Shown here: piece after piece, positions 28,600 to 38,498 of the stretch
Layout: each line of letters starts with the position of its first letter
How positions within the stretch are numbered: position 1 is the first letter of the stretch
Assembly (NCBI GenBank): GCA_046317855.1
Contig: JBKCVM010000034.1
Location: 1,985-65,984 of the forward strand
DNA length: 64,000 nucleotides
Direction of reading: 5' to 3'
Origin: Oligoflexia bacterium
GTDB lineage: Bacteria > Bdellovibrionota > UBA1018
Notes under the pieces: generated by a model
Databases searched by the model: none
What the model was told of the DNA's origin: nothing
What the model saw: only the letters and a program-made list of their open reading frames with translations
Translations under genes and position numbers: made by a program

Positions 28600-29562
28600 T
28601 CAGCTACCGCCAGGCCCTAAAATCGGGGCATAGAGCGGGCCATTGAGCGAGAGAGAATAGCTGCCGTCGGGCTTTCTGCCCACACCCAGAATGGCGTCAA
28701 TAATGAAGAAAGCTCGGTTCACAGCTTCTGAAACTCTGAGCATTGCTTTGAGGTCCATTTGAGAGGAATCCAAGGTTTTACCTAAAGTGATGGATCCGCT
28801 CAGTGTTCCTGCAAGGTCATCTCCTGCCTCAGCAGGTTTTCCGAGTCTAAAAGAGTCTATTTTCAGTTTTGAAGCTGCAATTCCTGCTCGAATTTCTCCG
28901 CCACGAATGGTGAGTTTTGGGGTGCTGAACGAACTGATTTTTTGAGCAGGTAGCTCTACCGTTTCAAAGGAGAGCTGTATCATTCCAGAAAGCGCGGTGA
29001 GATCACTTGAGTTTCCTGAGAGTTGAACTCTTCCTGAAACAGGAATTTTTCCGGAGATGTGGGCAAAAAGAGGGAGAATGCTCAAACCCGTCTCACCCAG
29101 CTCGGCCTGATTCAGGGTGAGGTCTAACGAGAAGCTTGAGCCTTTGCTCCATGCGCTAGCACTCAGTAGTCTGGAGGGCTTCAGTCCTGCTTGGATTTCG
29201 ATCGTTGCGCCTAGCCGACCTAGGATCAAGTCCAGGACTGAAGGACGTATCCGCAGGCTTTTCCAGTTTGCTCGAATGGGGTTTCCAGTCGCGTCTCTTG
29301 CTTTGAGAGTGACCTCTTCGAGACGCACTGCAGGCAGAGGAAGCAGCGAGAGTCGAGTGCGCTCGGCTGAGATTTCGAGGGCCAAAGTGGACTGCTGGAG
29401 GGTTTCGTTGATTTTTTCGATCAGGAGCTGGCCAATCTGTTGCTCCGGAAGTTTTAAGAGAGTGAAAAATGCCACAACTGCCAAAAAAAGAGAGGCCCAG
29501 GACAGGGCTGGGAGTAGTTTTTTGATCTTTGTTTGGAGGGATTCTGCGGTCTCGGTTTGCAT
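28600..29562 (-). CDS. gspN: type II secretion system protein N-like
   Basis: 320 aa. Single N-terminal TM (LSWASLFLAVVAFFTLL) then a periplasmic domain. Last gene of the gsp cluster, which is the canonical GspN position. No strong motif, so this is a positional and topological call. Confidence 0.45.
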   Translation of the reverse strand: MQTETAESLQTKIKKLLPALSWASLFLAVVAFFTLLKLPEQQIGQLLIEKINETLQQSTLALEISAERTRLSLLPLPAVRLEEVTLKARDATGNPIRANWKSLRIRPSVLDLILGRLGATIEIQAGLKPSRLLSASAWSKGSSFSLDLTLNQAELGETGLSILPLFAHISGKIPVSGRVQLSGNSSDLTALSGMIQLSFETVELPAQKISSFSTPKLTIRGGEIRAGIAASKLKIDSFRLGKPAEAGDDLAGTLSGSITLGKTLDSSQMDLKAMLRVSEAVNRAFFIIDAILGVGRKPDGSYSLSLNGPLYAPILGPGGS

Positions 29563-29582
29563 GGAGTGTGCGTCAATAGGGG

Positions 29583-30227
29583 TTAGCTTGATTTCACAGT
29601 AAAGGCCGAAATCTGCAGCGTTGCATCGAGATATCCGCTCTCGTCGGTGTGGGTGTCGATATTGAGATTTCTCACTTTAATGGGGCGAGAGCCGTTTTCG
29701 AGTTGAAAGAGGAGGCGCACGATTTGCTTTACGTTAATCTTCTTAACGCTGACTTGTGCGAGCGTTTCTTTCGTCGCGTCTCGTGATGCATCTCGAGCGC
29801 CCTCGCGGGGGGGGCCTAATTTTTCATTGCTAAGCTCAAGAGCTCCGGGAGCTATTCCCGCGTTCACAGCAATCCCAGAAACGTAATCTTTTAGCGGCTG
29901 ATTAGAAGCAGAGCCACCCTCGGCTGAGTATGGGATCTTTGCTTTCAGTTCTCCCATTTCTTCATTGGCTGATTGAATCAACTGCAAGAGCTCGTCTTTT
30001 TCTGCCAGATCGCCTCGAATGCGATGAACCTTCCATGCAGTACCAATAAAAACCCAGGCCACGATCAGCACCGCTGCTCCCGCGCCGGCCCATTGAAGAT
30101 AGGTGCGGCTCTGAGCGTCGAGTTCGTCGTATTTGGATTTGAGTTGCTGAAACCAAGTCTGCTCCTGAATCTTATCCAGCAGTGTTTGAGCGAGTTGAAG
30201 CAGTTTTTGCTGAAGACTTTGAAGCAT
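29583..30227 (-). CDS. gspM: type II secretion system protein M-like
   Basis: 214 aa. Short cytoplasmic N-terminus, one TM (WAGAGAAVLIVAWVFIGTAW) and a periplasmic domain. Lies between the gspL-like and gspN-like genes. Confidence 0.5.
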   Translation of the reverse strand: MLQSLQQKLLQLAQTLLDKIQEQTWFQQLKSKYDELDAQSRTYLQWAGAGAAVLIVAWVFIGTAWKVHRIRGDLAEKDELLQLIQSANEEMGELKAKIPYSAEGGSASNQPLKDYVSGIAVNAGIAPGALELSNEKLGPPREGARDASRDATKETLAQVSVKKINVKQIVRLLFQLENGSRPIKVRNLNIDTHTDESGYLDATLQISAFTVKSS

Positions 30228-30230
30228 CGT

Positions 30231-31871
30231 CTAGCCTCCTGCCGCCGGGTGCACGGCTTTTCCCGTCCAAGTCAACCGATAGCGTTTGGGTTTTCCGCCT
30301 TGCGCGGGGAGTTCTTCAGTGGTCGGCTTGGCCGCTGCAGATTCTGGTGTAATGAGCTTGGGGATTAAGAGCTGGGAGAGTCGCTCGGCTGATTTTGGGT
30401 CGCTCACCATCAGAGTCAGGGTCAGCGGCGTATCTTTACGAGGGTCAAAGCCCAGATCGGGAGCGGCGCCCAGTTGAAAACGCAGAGTATCCACCGTCGC
30501 ATCTCGAGGAATGGCCTCAGAGAGTGACTTCAGGTAATTCAAAGGCGACTTGGGGTTGGGACCAAAGATTCGAGCGAGTTCACGATTCTTGTCGAGTTCT
30601 TTTTGGATCGAGTTTTTGAGCGATTGAGGACTCGAGAGGTAGGTGCGCAGGGCGCTCTGGCTGACCGATCCAAAAAATGCACTCATGGACTTTCTCAGTT
30701 GAGCGTCTTTTTCTTCCAGTTGCTTACTGTAGATTTTGTTCTGGACGGTCATGCTCACAAAAAAAGCAGCGGCGGCGACTGTTGCTCCGATCAGCGGAGT
30801 TCTGAGTTGAGAAAGGGCAAATTGGGCGCCCTTGGCCGTCTTCGAAAATTCGCCTTTTCTAAAGTTAAGACAGCTCGATCGGTCAGCACCCACTTGAGAC
30901 ATGGCTAGACCTGCAGCAATCGCCATCCGAGCGTCAGAGACCTCAGAATAGCTCACTCCGGAGGGAGAAAGGGAGCTTAATGCTCGCAGTCGCTGCACGC
31001 TGAGCCGAGTGGAGGACTCAAGCCAATCGGTGAGGCCCGGAATCAAGGATGCGCCTCCCGAAAGGAGGACCTGGTTGACCGGCTCGTGGCAGATTGCCTT
31101 GCAAACGAGGTCCATGTGCCTGAGTTCTCGGTGAAGGGCCTCGAGCGGTTCTGAGAGAAGTGCCAACGCGCCCTCGGGGTGAGAGTCGCTCAGCAGGGAC
31201 GGATTCTTGAGGAGCCGAGAGGATTGCGCCAGATCGACATTCAGACGGGACGAAAGGGCTTGTGCAAAGTTTTGGCCGCCCCATTGAATCTCTCGTCCCA
31301 GCATCGGAAAACCACGCCAATGGATGTAGAACAGGGTGCTGCGTTCACCCAGGTGGATCACGAGAATAGGTTTTTCTTGTTCGGAAGGTGGAACAGTCCG
31401 ATTGAGCAGAGTGCGCAGGGCCCAAGCGTCGGAAGTGACTACATCGGGATCGATTTCTGACCCGGAGAGTTTGTTGAGTTCACTGATAAATACTTTTTTT
31501 AAGGTAGCGGCCACATGGATTTGAGACTGCTGACCTACTTGGGCCAGAATGACCGATGCGATTGCAGAGTTTTCGATTGAAAAAGGCAGTTCATCCTCAA
31601 GCTCAAATTGTACCGCAGAAGCAATGGCCTTCTTGTCGCGTGTCGGGAGCTGGAGATTTCGAGTGGTGAGCTGCGAGGATCTTAAGCTGACCACAAGACG
31701 ATGGGGGCTTTGTGGGAGAATTTTCAAAACCTCTCCTGCTACCGCGGAAGGGTCCTGGCCCGGGATGACTTCGATTTCTCGATGGTCGTGGATCTCGTAC
31801 CTTCCAAAGGCACTGTCGATTTCTACCAGCTTGATGCTGCTCGTGCCGAGGTCCAGTCCAACGATTCTCAT
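30231..31871 (-). CDS. gspL: type II secretion system protein L-like (actin-like cytoplasmic domain)
   Basis: 546 aa. The N-terminus MRIVGLDLGTSSIKLVEI is the PilM/GspL actin-like ATPase-fold start. Central TM segment and periplasmic C-terminus. Confidence 0.6.
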   Translation of the reverse strand: MRIVGLDLGTSSIKLVEIDSAFGRYEIHDHREIEVIPGQDPSAVAGEVLKILPQSPHRLVVSLRSSQLTTRNLQLPTRDKKAIASAVQFELEDELPFSIENSAIASVILAQVGQQSQIHVAATLKKVFISELNKLSGSEIDPDVVTSDAWALRTLLNRTVPPSEQEKPILVIHLGERSTLFYIHWRGFPMLGREIQWGGQNFAQALSSRLNVDLAQSSRLLKNPSLLSDSHPEGALALLSEPLEALHRELRHMDLVCKAICHEPVNQVLLSGGASLIPGLTDWLESSTRLSVQRLRALSSLSPSGVSYSEVSDARMAIAAGLAMSQVGADRSSCLNFRKGEFSKTAKGAQFALSQLRTPLIGATVAAAAFFVSMTVQNKIYSKQLEEKDAQLRKSMSAFFGSVSQSALRTYLSSPQSLKNSIQKELDKNRELARIFGPNPKSPLNYLKSLSEAIPRDATVDTLRFQLGAAPDLGFDPRKDTPLTLTLMVSDPKSAERLSQLLIPKLITPESAAAKPTTEELPAQGGKPKRYRLTWTGKAVHPAAGG

Positions 31872-31872
31872 T

Positions 31873-33207
31873 CTATAAAAATCTCATAGATGTGATGCGC
31901 AGGCCAGTGTCAGGAGCCCCCATGGGTTGGGTTTCTTCTGTTGCCTGACGGGGAGGTTGAGGAGGGGTCGATCCAGAACCGGTGGATTTGAGGGTCACCC
32001 ACGCTTCGAGGAGTCGTGTGGCTTGGTTCACGCGCGCCTGAATGGTGATTTTAAATTGGGATTCGTCAGTGATGATCTGGAGGTTTCTCTGGCTCAAAGA
32101 CTCCTTGAACTTCTGGATTTCTGCGTCGCTTCCTCGAAAAACAGCAACATTGGCCTTCAGGTAATTAAAAAAATCATCAGCTGACTTAAATGAGTTGTCG
32201 GCATTGGGGGAGTCTCTAAATTTAAAAAACTCTTTGACCTCTTCAATGGTCATACCCGGCATCAAGGCTCTGAGTGTCAAATTTTTGATGGTGTTGACGT
32301 TGATGCCCGGTGTGGAGCTGACCGTGAGCTGGGGGGCTAGCAGATCATAGAGCCCATCGTCCATCGGGGGAATCATCCTTAGTTCAGTGAGTGAGTAAAA
32401 TGGGCCCCCTTTTGGTCTGAAGTCACGAGGTGGGGCGGAGCGACGCTGGTAGTTAGGGTCAACCCATTGGATGAGATTGTCGACCAGCTCGTCGAGTCTG
32501 AAATCGCGATATTCAGAGGCAAAAACTTCGTCGGACTCCATCTTATTTGAAAGAATTTGGGTCAAGAAATCAGCCAAGCTCTTGTGGGCTGCCTCCGCAT
32601 TGAAACCTGGCGTGCCGGCCGGACTTGCGGGACTTGCCGGAGAATTCGACGGTGAAGGAGACGGGTTTGGCGTGATTGCAAACGGGGCCAGTAAGCTATT
32701 GAGGTTATACTTACTGGATTCGGATTCGATGAGAGCTGAAAAGCTCCCTTCGAACCCTGACTTCTTGGTAAACTCTCGGATCTTTTCTCGCTCTCCTGGA
32801 GTAAGGCCCGGAACCTCTGTGGGGATGGGATAGAAAAACGGAAAGCTCCAAATCTTTTCTAGGATTCCCTTTGGAATCATCGAGCCTAGGTCTGGGCCTC
32901 CAGAGCTTCCGCCCTCAGAGGTTCCTGAGAAACCTTTGAGCGTCTGATAGGCTTTGAGCCTGAGCAGGGAAATTTTGAGACCGCTCTTGGCCAGCGCGTG
33001 CGCTTTGACCTGGTCCAGTGAGTCAAACGCCATACGTGAATTGACCTGCGCCACGTAAGTGAACTCCGTAACCAACACGGCAAGGAGCGTCATCGAGGCC
33101 ACGACCATAAAGAGGGCCACTCCCGATCGGTTCTTGGGAGGATTTTTAGAGCGTGGGCAAGAGTCCATTGAGTGGTAGCTCCGGTCTAAATTGGTAGACG
33201 CCATCAT
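31873..33207 (-). CDS. gspK: type II secretion minor pseudopilin K-like
   Basis: 444 aa. N-terminal SGVALFMVVASMTLLAVL is typical of GspK. The start may be the internal M at 33168. Contains a PNPSPSPSNSPASPASPAGTPG low-complexity insert. Confidence 0.6.
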   Translation of the reverse strand: MMASTNLDRSYHSMDSCPRSKNPPKNRSGVALFMVVASMTLLAVLVTEFTYVAQVNSRMAFDSLDQVKAHALAKSGLKISLLRLKAYQTLKGFSGTSEGGSSGGPDLGSMIPKGILEKIWSFPFFYPIPTEVPGLTPGEREKIREFTKKSGFEGSFSALIESESSKYNLNSLLAPFAITPNPSPSPSNSPASPASPAGTPGFNAEAAHKSLADFLTQILSNKMESDEVFASEYRDFRLDELVDNLIQWVDPNYQRRSAPPRDFRPKGGPFYSLTELRMIPPMDDGLYDLLAPQLTVSSTPGINVNTIKNLTLRALMPGMTIEEVKEFFKFRDSPNADNSFKSADDFFNYLKANVAVFRGSDAEIQKFKESLSQRNLQIITDESQFKITIQARVNQATRLLEAWVTLKSTGSGSTPPQPPRQATEETQPMGAPDTGLRITSMRFL

Positions 33208-33967
33208 AGCTCAAGCCCTTGGGGGCCTTTACCTCAAGCTGAATTTCGATCAGGTCCGGAAAGCGGTCCTGATGGTCACTCGTGTCGCTATCCCAAGAGG
33301 TCAGCCATTGTTTTCTCTCCTTTGAGTAATATCTGAACTTCCAAGATTTGATTCCATGAAGCAGAGTGTAACGCTTTGAACTTTTGTCCCGATCTTCGTC
33401 GTATTCAAAGGCTGCTGGGCTCACGGTGCGCACGAGCATCTTCAGGCCGGGCTCGTAGTCGGGATCGGTTTCGTTCTCGAGTGCATAGCGAACTTTCAGG
33501 TACTCGGACTCAGGGCTATCCCGGTAGATCCGAAGATTTGAGTTTGAGATCCAAGAGAGCGTTGACTCTTTGCCATTCATTCGACTGGGGCGAATGCCAA
33601 ATCGATCCCTGCGATTGGCGTAGTATTCACTCGGCACCAGCTCTGAGGCTTCTGTGACGGCGCCCGCCTGAGGGTCAAACAAGTCTGCGGCTGTGCTTCC
33701 GGTTCCGGGTCGGCTCTCCGTCGAGGGAGAGGGTTCGGGTCTAAGAGCATTGGGAGAGTAGGCATTCTCAAAATCACGCTGAAAAACGCTGAGCGAGAGC
33801 CTCACCCCATTGTAAAAGTCTCCCTCGGTGGTGAGGACTTCTCGCAGTTTGAATGTTTCAGTCGTGGCTTGGTAAATTGCAAAGCTGATCACGACGAGTA
33901 GGAACATCGCGATCAGGACTTCCAGGATGGTGAAGCCTGCGTCTCTACTCAGTGAGCGAAAACTCAT
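33146..33967 (-). CDS. gspJ: type II secretion minor pseudopilin J-like
   Basis: Prepilin-type N-terminus GFTILEVLIAMFLLVV, 273 aa, position between the I and K homologues. Confidence 0.6.
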   Translation of the reverse strand: MSFRSLSRDAGFTILEVLIAMFLLVVISFAIYQATTETFKLREVLTTEGDFYNGVRLSLSVFQRDFENAYSPNALRPEPSPSTESRPGTGSTAADLFDPQAGAVTEASELVPSEYYANRRDRFGIRPSRMNGKESTLSWISNSNLRIYRDSPESEYLKVRYALENETDPDYEPGLKMLVRTVSPAAFEYDEDRDKSSKRYTLLHGIKSWKFRYYSKERKQWLTSWDSDTSDHQDRFPDLIEIQLEVKAPKGLSYDGVYQFRPELPLNGLLPTL

Positions 33968-34463
33968 GATTTAAGTTCACCCAATAGGTTGTAGCGGAAA
34001 CACTTTGGGGCTTTTCAGCCTTTTTCCACCTTACTGAGACTTCTACTTCGCGGACTGCTTTTGAAAGGTACTGGGTCACCAATTTTCCCAGTTGCTCGGC
34101 CCCCGGATTCTCATTTTGAGACTCTTCATTTCCAGAACTGGGTACTAAGTTTGGAAACTCAATTTCTTTGACCTTCCAAGACCAGCTGTAGTCGGAGTAG
34201 GGGGCTTCAAACGTCTGGGTCTTTTCTTTTTGTAGCTCTCCAAAAGTCTTTCCCTCGATCTCGAGCTCCGTTTGAGTAAGGGCGTTCTTGAGGAGCATGG
34301 CAACTGTGTTGGTTTGTTTTGCACGGTTCGTGACGTTGATCGCAGAGGATTCGATGGACAAGATCGATCCAAAGGCCACGACCATGATGGACATTGCAAT
34401 CAAGACCTCGAGTAGCGTAAAGCCCCTGGTCTTACTTGCTCGCATCAAACACCTCTTTCTCAT
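33945..34463 (-). CDS. gspI: type II secretion minor pseudopilin I-like
   Basis: Prepilin N-terminus RGFTLLEVLIAMSIMVVAF, 172 aa. Confidence 0.6.
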   Translation of the reverse strand: MRKRCLMRASKTRGFTLLEVLIAMSIMVVAFGSILSIESSAINVTNRAKQTNTVAMLLKNALTQTELEIEGKTFGELQKEKTQTFEAPYSDYSWSWKVKEIEFPNLVPSSGNEESQNENPGAEQLGKLVTQYLSKAVREVEVSVRWKKAEKPQSVSATTYWVNLNHEFSLTE

Positions 34464-35046
34464 CGATGCGGCCTGTGATCAGGCGCGTTTTTCCGGTGAG
34501 GGTCTCCACCACAAGTGAAATCTGGTGTTTTTGGGTGTCTTCGAGGTGAAGCAGCGTGCGCTCAGTAATTCCGTTTGGAAAGATATGAGTGTATCCGATT
34601 CCCTCGATCACCAGATCTTTGCTCCGTTCTGTGAGCAAATCGGTGAACTTGACGCCGCGAGGAAGTTCTTTTTTCTTTCGGGTGACGGTTTTATCTAGAG
34701 CAAAATCTGGAACGGAGTTGTTCTTCGATTTTTTGCTATCGTCAAAAAAAGTAAATTTCTCTTTGCGCTTTTTCTTCTCGAGAGTCTCTGCGGTTTCAAG
34801 CAGGGCAGAGGAGGGGCCGGATTCCACCCAGAATTGTCCATTTTCGAGGTCGTAAGCCACTCGGTGGACTTTACCGGTGATCATGGCAGCGTTGTAAGCT
34901 TCTTTGATAGTCGAGGCGAGCTCCCGGGTGGCAGAGTTGAGCGAGACCTGAAAAGCGCTGTTGATCGTTGGAAGGGAAACAAAAGTAATCAGCCCGATGA
35001 GGGCGATCACCACCAGAAGTTCAATCAGGGTGAATCCGTTCCTCAT
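34432..35046 (-). CDS. gspH: type II secretion minor pseudopilin H-like
   Basis: Prepilin N-terminus NGFTLIELLVVIALIGLI, 204 aa. Confidence 0.6.
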   Translation of the reverse strand: MRNGFTLIELLVVIALIGLITFVSLPTINSAFQVSLNSATRELASTIKEAYNAAMITGKVHRVAYDLENGQFWVESGPSSALLETAETLEKKKRKEKFTFFDDSKKSKNNSVPDFALDKTVTRKKKELPRGVKFTDLLTERSKDLVIEGIGYTHIFPNGITERTLLHLEDTQKHQISLVVETLTGKTRLITGRIDEKEVFDASK

Positions 35047-35060
35047 CGGGCGTAAGACGA

Positions 35061-35489
35061 CTAGAGGTCGTCGCTCGTGATGTCCTTATCGTTGTTGTCG
35101 CCTCCTGCGCGGTTGTCACCGCCCAGAGAGGTGATCTTGTAGTTGGCGCCATCCGACTCGTAAACGAAGTCGTTACCCCATCCATCCTTCGGAACTTTTC
35201 CGCCCTTGATAAAACCGGCCGGATCATAGTTCTTGCACTCGCGGCCTGCAGGAGCTTTGACCAGCGCGTCTAGGCCTTGATCCGTAGTGGGATAGAAGCC
35301 GCAGACTCGATTGAAGTCATCCAGGAGGACTCCCAGTTGTTTCATCTGGATTTTGGTCGAATCGACCTTGGCGCTGTTGAATTTACCGATGATGTTGCCG
35401 CTCACAAATGTCATGATGAGTCCGATCAGGGCAATCACGATCAGCATCTCGGTCAGGGTGAATCCTGAGATCTTTCGATTTAAATGCAT
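35061..35489 (-). CDS. gspG: type II secretion major pseudopilin G
   Basis: Start taken at MHLNRKISGFTLTEMLIVIALIGL (ATG 35489), which avoids a 35-nt overlap with gspF. The C-terminal Ca-site-like GDNRAGGDNNDKDITSDD is typical of GspG. Confidence 0.8.
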   Translation of the reverse strand: MHLNRKISGFTLTEMLIVIALIGLIMTFVSGNIIGKFNSAKVDSTKIQMKQLGVLLDDFNRVCGFYPTTDQGLDALVKAPAGRECKNYDPAGFIKGGKVPKDGWGNDFVYESDGANYKITSLGGDNRAGGDNNDKDITSDDL

Positions 35490-35529
35490 AGGGTTCAAGT
35501 TCAGTTCCTTTCTGGTTTTGTGTGTCACC

Positions 35530-36747
35530 TTACTTGATGTTGCTGATGTCGAGAAGCGGAACAAACACTGCCATCACAATGAATCCGACCACTAGCCCCA
35601 TGCCAATAATCATTGCGGGCTCAATGAGGGCAGTCATCCCTTCGATCCTAGCGGTGACCTGTTCTTCGTAGTTCTCTGAGATGTTGCGCAGCATGTCCGG
35701 GAGCTCGCCCGTTTTTTCGCCGATCGCGATCATATGGATTACCATCGGAGGAAATTGACCGCTCCGTTTGAGGGGATCAGCAATGGACTGACCTTCGGTG
35801 ATGTTTTCTCTGGCTTTGTTGATCGCATCCGAGATGGGAGCATTATCCACAAGCTTTTGTGCAATGTTCATGGCGGTGAGGATAGGGACACCGCTTCCTA
35901 GAAGCGTGCCCATGGTGCTGGCAAAGCGAGTCATGGCGATCATCCTGACCAGTGGTCCAAAAACAGGAGATTTGAGCTTAAAGGCATCCCATTTGGGTCT
36001 GCCATTTTGCGAGCCGATGTAGTTTTTGAACATCACGAGTCCAACGATCAGCGCAGCAAGGATCAGATACCACCAATCGGTGACAAAGCCGCTCACCCAC
36101 ATCATCGCCCGAGTCATGGGGGGGATAGGCTTATTCATGGACTCAAAGACTTTAGTGAGCTTGGGGATGACAAACGTAAAAATGGCCACCATCAGGAGCG
36201 CAGCTACACCCAGCATGAGTACTGGGTAAGTCATTCCGCTGACTACTTTGTTACGGAGTCGCATTTGAGCTTCTTTGAGGTCGGCAAGACGGAGGAGGAC
36301 TAAACCCAGAGTGCCGGAGCTCTCACCTGCCTCAACCATGTTGACAAAAATGGTGTCAAAGACTTTCGGATGTTGCCCCAGGGCTTTAGCAAGGCTCGAG
36401 CCTTCGTTGACATCCTGGCGCACCTTTTCGAGCACCACTTTGAGCACATCGTGCTCAACTTGTTCCACAAGAGCATTCAGGGCTTCGACCAGTGGAATGT
36501 TGGCTTTCACTAAGCTTGCCAGCTGGCGGGTCATCATCGAGATGTCCTTGATGCCAACTTTTCCGCCAAAAAAGGGTACCGAAGAGCCACCCGTAGGTCG
36601 GGCCGCCGATTTCTCGAGAACCTCAGTGACCATCAAGCCTTGTTTTTTAAGTTTTTGGCGGGCCGCCTTTGCGTGTTCCGCCTCGACGATCCCTTTTTGG
36701 GTTCGTCCCGTGCTGTCATAGGCTTTGTAGTCAAAAATAGGTGCCAT
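35530..36747 (-). CDS. gspF: type II secretion system inner-membrane platform protein F
   Basis: 405 aa. MAPIFDYKAYDSTGRTQKGIVEAEHAKAARQKLKKQG matches the GspF/PilC N-terminus. Two duplicated domains with three TM segments. Confidence 0.85.
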   Translation of the reverse strand: MAPIFDYKAYDSTGRTQKGIVEAEHAKAARQKLKKQGLMVTEVLEKSAARPTGGSSVPFFGGKVGIKDISMMTRQLASLVKANIPLVEALNALVEQVEHDVLKVVLEKVRQDVNEGSSLAKALGQHPKVFDTIFVNMVEAGESSGTLGLVLLRLADLKEAQMRLRNKVVSGMTYPVLMLGVAALLMVAIFTFVIPKLTKVFESMNKPIPPMTRAMMWVSGFVTDWWYLILAALIVGLVMFKNYIGSQNGRPKWDAFKLKSPVFGPLVRMIAMTRFASTMGTLLGSGVPILTAMNIAQKLVDNAPISDAINKARENITEGQSIADPLKRSGQFPPMVIHMIAIGEKTGELPDMLRNISENYEEQVTARIEGMTALIEPAMIIGMGLVVGFIVMAVFVPLLDISNIK

Positions 36748-36749
36748 CG

Positions 36750-38498
36750 TTAGTACTCGGAGTGGGTGGCGCGCATCAGCTCATCGATTGTGGTCGCTCC
36801 GGTGAGGACTTTTCGAACTCCGTCCTCGCGTAACGTGAGCATGCCGTTTTCGATGGCTACTTTTTTTAGGGAGTTTGCATCGCTGTTTCTAATGATCAAA
36901 CTTCGAATTTTATCATCGATCACCATCAACTCGTGGATGACTGTACGACCAGAATAACCAGTCTGCGAGCAGGCAGGGCAGCCTTGAGCCTTAAAGACGG
37001 TTGCCCCCGGAGGGAGTTGTTGAAGCCCAAGTTCTTGCAATTCAAAATCGGTAGGAACATGCGGTTGTCTGCATTTGGAGCACACTTTTCGAATCAGCCG
37101 CTGTGCGATGATGCCGAGCACTGAGCTTGCCACTAAGAAGGGCTCTACGCCCATGTCAATCAATCGTGTCGCGGCTCCAGCCGCGTCATTCGTATGGAGG
37201 GTGGAGAGCACCAAGTGACCCGTCAGAGAAGCGTTGATCGCAATCTCCGCGGTTTCTTTGTCGCGGATTTCACCCACCATGATGATGTCCGGATTTTGTC
37301 GCAAAAAAGCTCTGAGAGCGCGTGCAAACGTGAGTTCAATCTTGGTGTTGACCTGGATCTGATTGACCCCTGGAATCTGGTACTCGATTGGATCCTCGAC
37401 CGTCATAATGTTTCGCTCTGGGTTGTTGAGCTTGACTAAACAGGCAGAGAGCGTCGTTGATTTTCCGCTGCCTGTGGGCCCGGTGACTAGGATGATTCCA
37501 TATTTTCTAAAGATGAGCTTTTCGATTTGAGCTCGACTCCGCTCTGAAAAACCAAGTTGCTCAAGTTCAAGAACAGTGCTGGCCTGTTCAAGAATACGCA
37601 TGACCAGGCGCTCACCAAAGTTAGTGGGCACCGTCGAGAGACGCAGGTCCACGTCTTTTCCGGCCATTTTGATTTTGATCCTGCCGTCCTGAGGCAGGCG
37701 TTTTTCTGCGATGTCTAGACTCCCCATGACTTTGATACGGGATGAAATTGCTGCGTGCGCCCGCTTGGGTTGCCGGATCTTGTCTTTCAAAACGCCGTCG
37801 ACCCTAAATCGAACGACAAACTCTTTTTCAAAGGGTTCAATGTGAATGTCTGAAGCCTTTTCTTTGACTGCCTGAAACAGAAGCGAGTTGACGAACTTGA
37901 TGACCGGGGCGTCGTCTTCAGTGGCTTCGAGAATGTCCATCGGACCCTCAAAGTCCATGGCGTCTTCGAAATCGTCCTCGAGTTTCTGAACCGTGGTAGC
38001 GCTGTTGCGTTCATAAACTCTGTTGATCGCTTCTTGGATGCGCATCGAAGTGCTGACTACCGTAGTGATGGGAAGTCCCGTCAACACTTGCAGGTCTTCT
38101 TGTATGGCCTCGTTAAAAGGGTCGCTGACCGCGATGAGTAGCCTCTCGCCTTGAGGGGTTGTCTCTTTTTGAAGGGGAATGACCTCTTTTGTTTTTGCGT
38201 AGTTAATCGGGATCTCTGAAACGAGTGTCGGGTCAATGTCCCCTGATTTCAGGTCATCCACAAATCGAAGGTCAAGCTGGGTGCACAGGGCTCGCATCAG
38301 CTCATGCGGAAGAACCCAGTTTTTTCGAACTAAAATCTCTCCCAGCATTCCACCCTGAGTTTTTTGAATCTCAAGGGCTTCATTGAGTTGCTCCTGGGTG
38401 AGAGAAGTGTACTTGAGGAGGATCTCGCCCAGTTTCTTGGGCTCTCTCCCGCTGGGTGGGGGTGGCGGTGCAGTGATCGGGGTGTTTGTCGGATTCAC
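36750..38498 (-). CDS. gspE: type II secretion ATPase E
   Basis: 582 aa. Walker A GPTGSGKSTT, Asp/His boxes, tetracysteine CSKC...CPAC. Extended N-terminal GspL-binding region. Confidence 0.9.
   Translation of the reverse strand: MNPTNTPITAPPPPPSGREPKKLGEILLKYTSLTQEQLNEALEIQKTQGGMLGEILVRKNWVLPHELMRALCTQLDLRFVDDLKSGDIDPTLVSEIPINYAKTKEVIPLQKETTPQGERLLIAVSDPFNEAIQEDLQVLTGLPITTVVSTSMRIQEAINRVYERNSATTVQKLEDDFEDAMDFEGPMDILEATEDDAPVIKFVNSLLFQAVKEKASDIHIEPFEKEFVVRFRVDGVLKDKIRQPKRAHAAISSRIKVMGSLDIAEKRLPQDGRIKIKMAGKDVDLRLSTVPTNFGERLVMRILEQASTVLELEQLGFSERSRAQIEKLIFRKYGIILVTGPTGSGKSTTLSACLVKLNNPERNIMTVEDPIEYQIPGVNQIQVNTKIELTFARALRAFLRQNPDIIMVGEIRDKETAEIAINASLTGHLVLSTLHTNDAAGAATRLIDMGVEPFLVASSVLGIIAQRLIRKVCSKCRQPHVPTDFELQELGLQQLPPGATVFKAQGCPACSQTGYSGRTVIHELMVIDDKIRSLIIRNSDANSLKKVAIENGMLTLREDGVRKVLTGATTIDELMRATHSEY

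Noticed and set aside
35490-35564. Longer GspG start at 35564 (MFRFSTSATSSKVTHKTRKELNLNP...)
   Set aside because: It would overlap gspF by 35 nt and add 25 residues before the prepilin leader. Typical GspG leaders are short, so the ATG at 35489 (MHLNRKISGFTLTEM) fits the prepilin signal.
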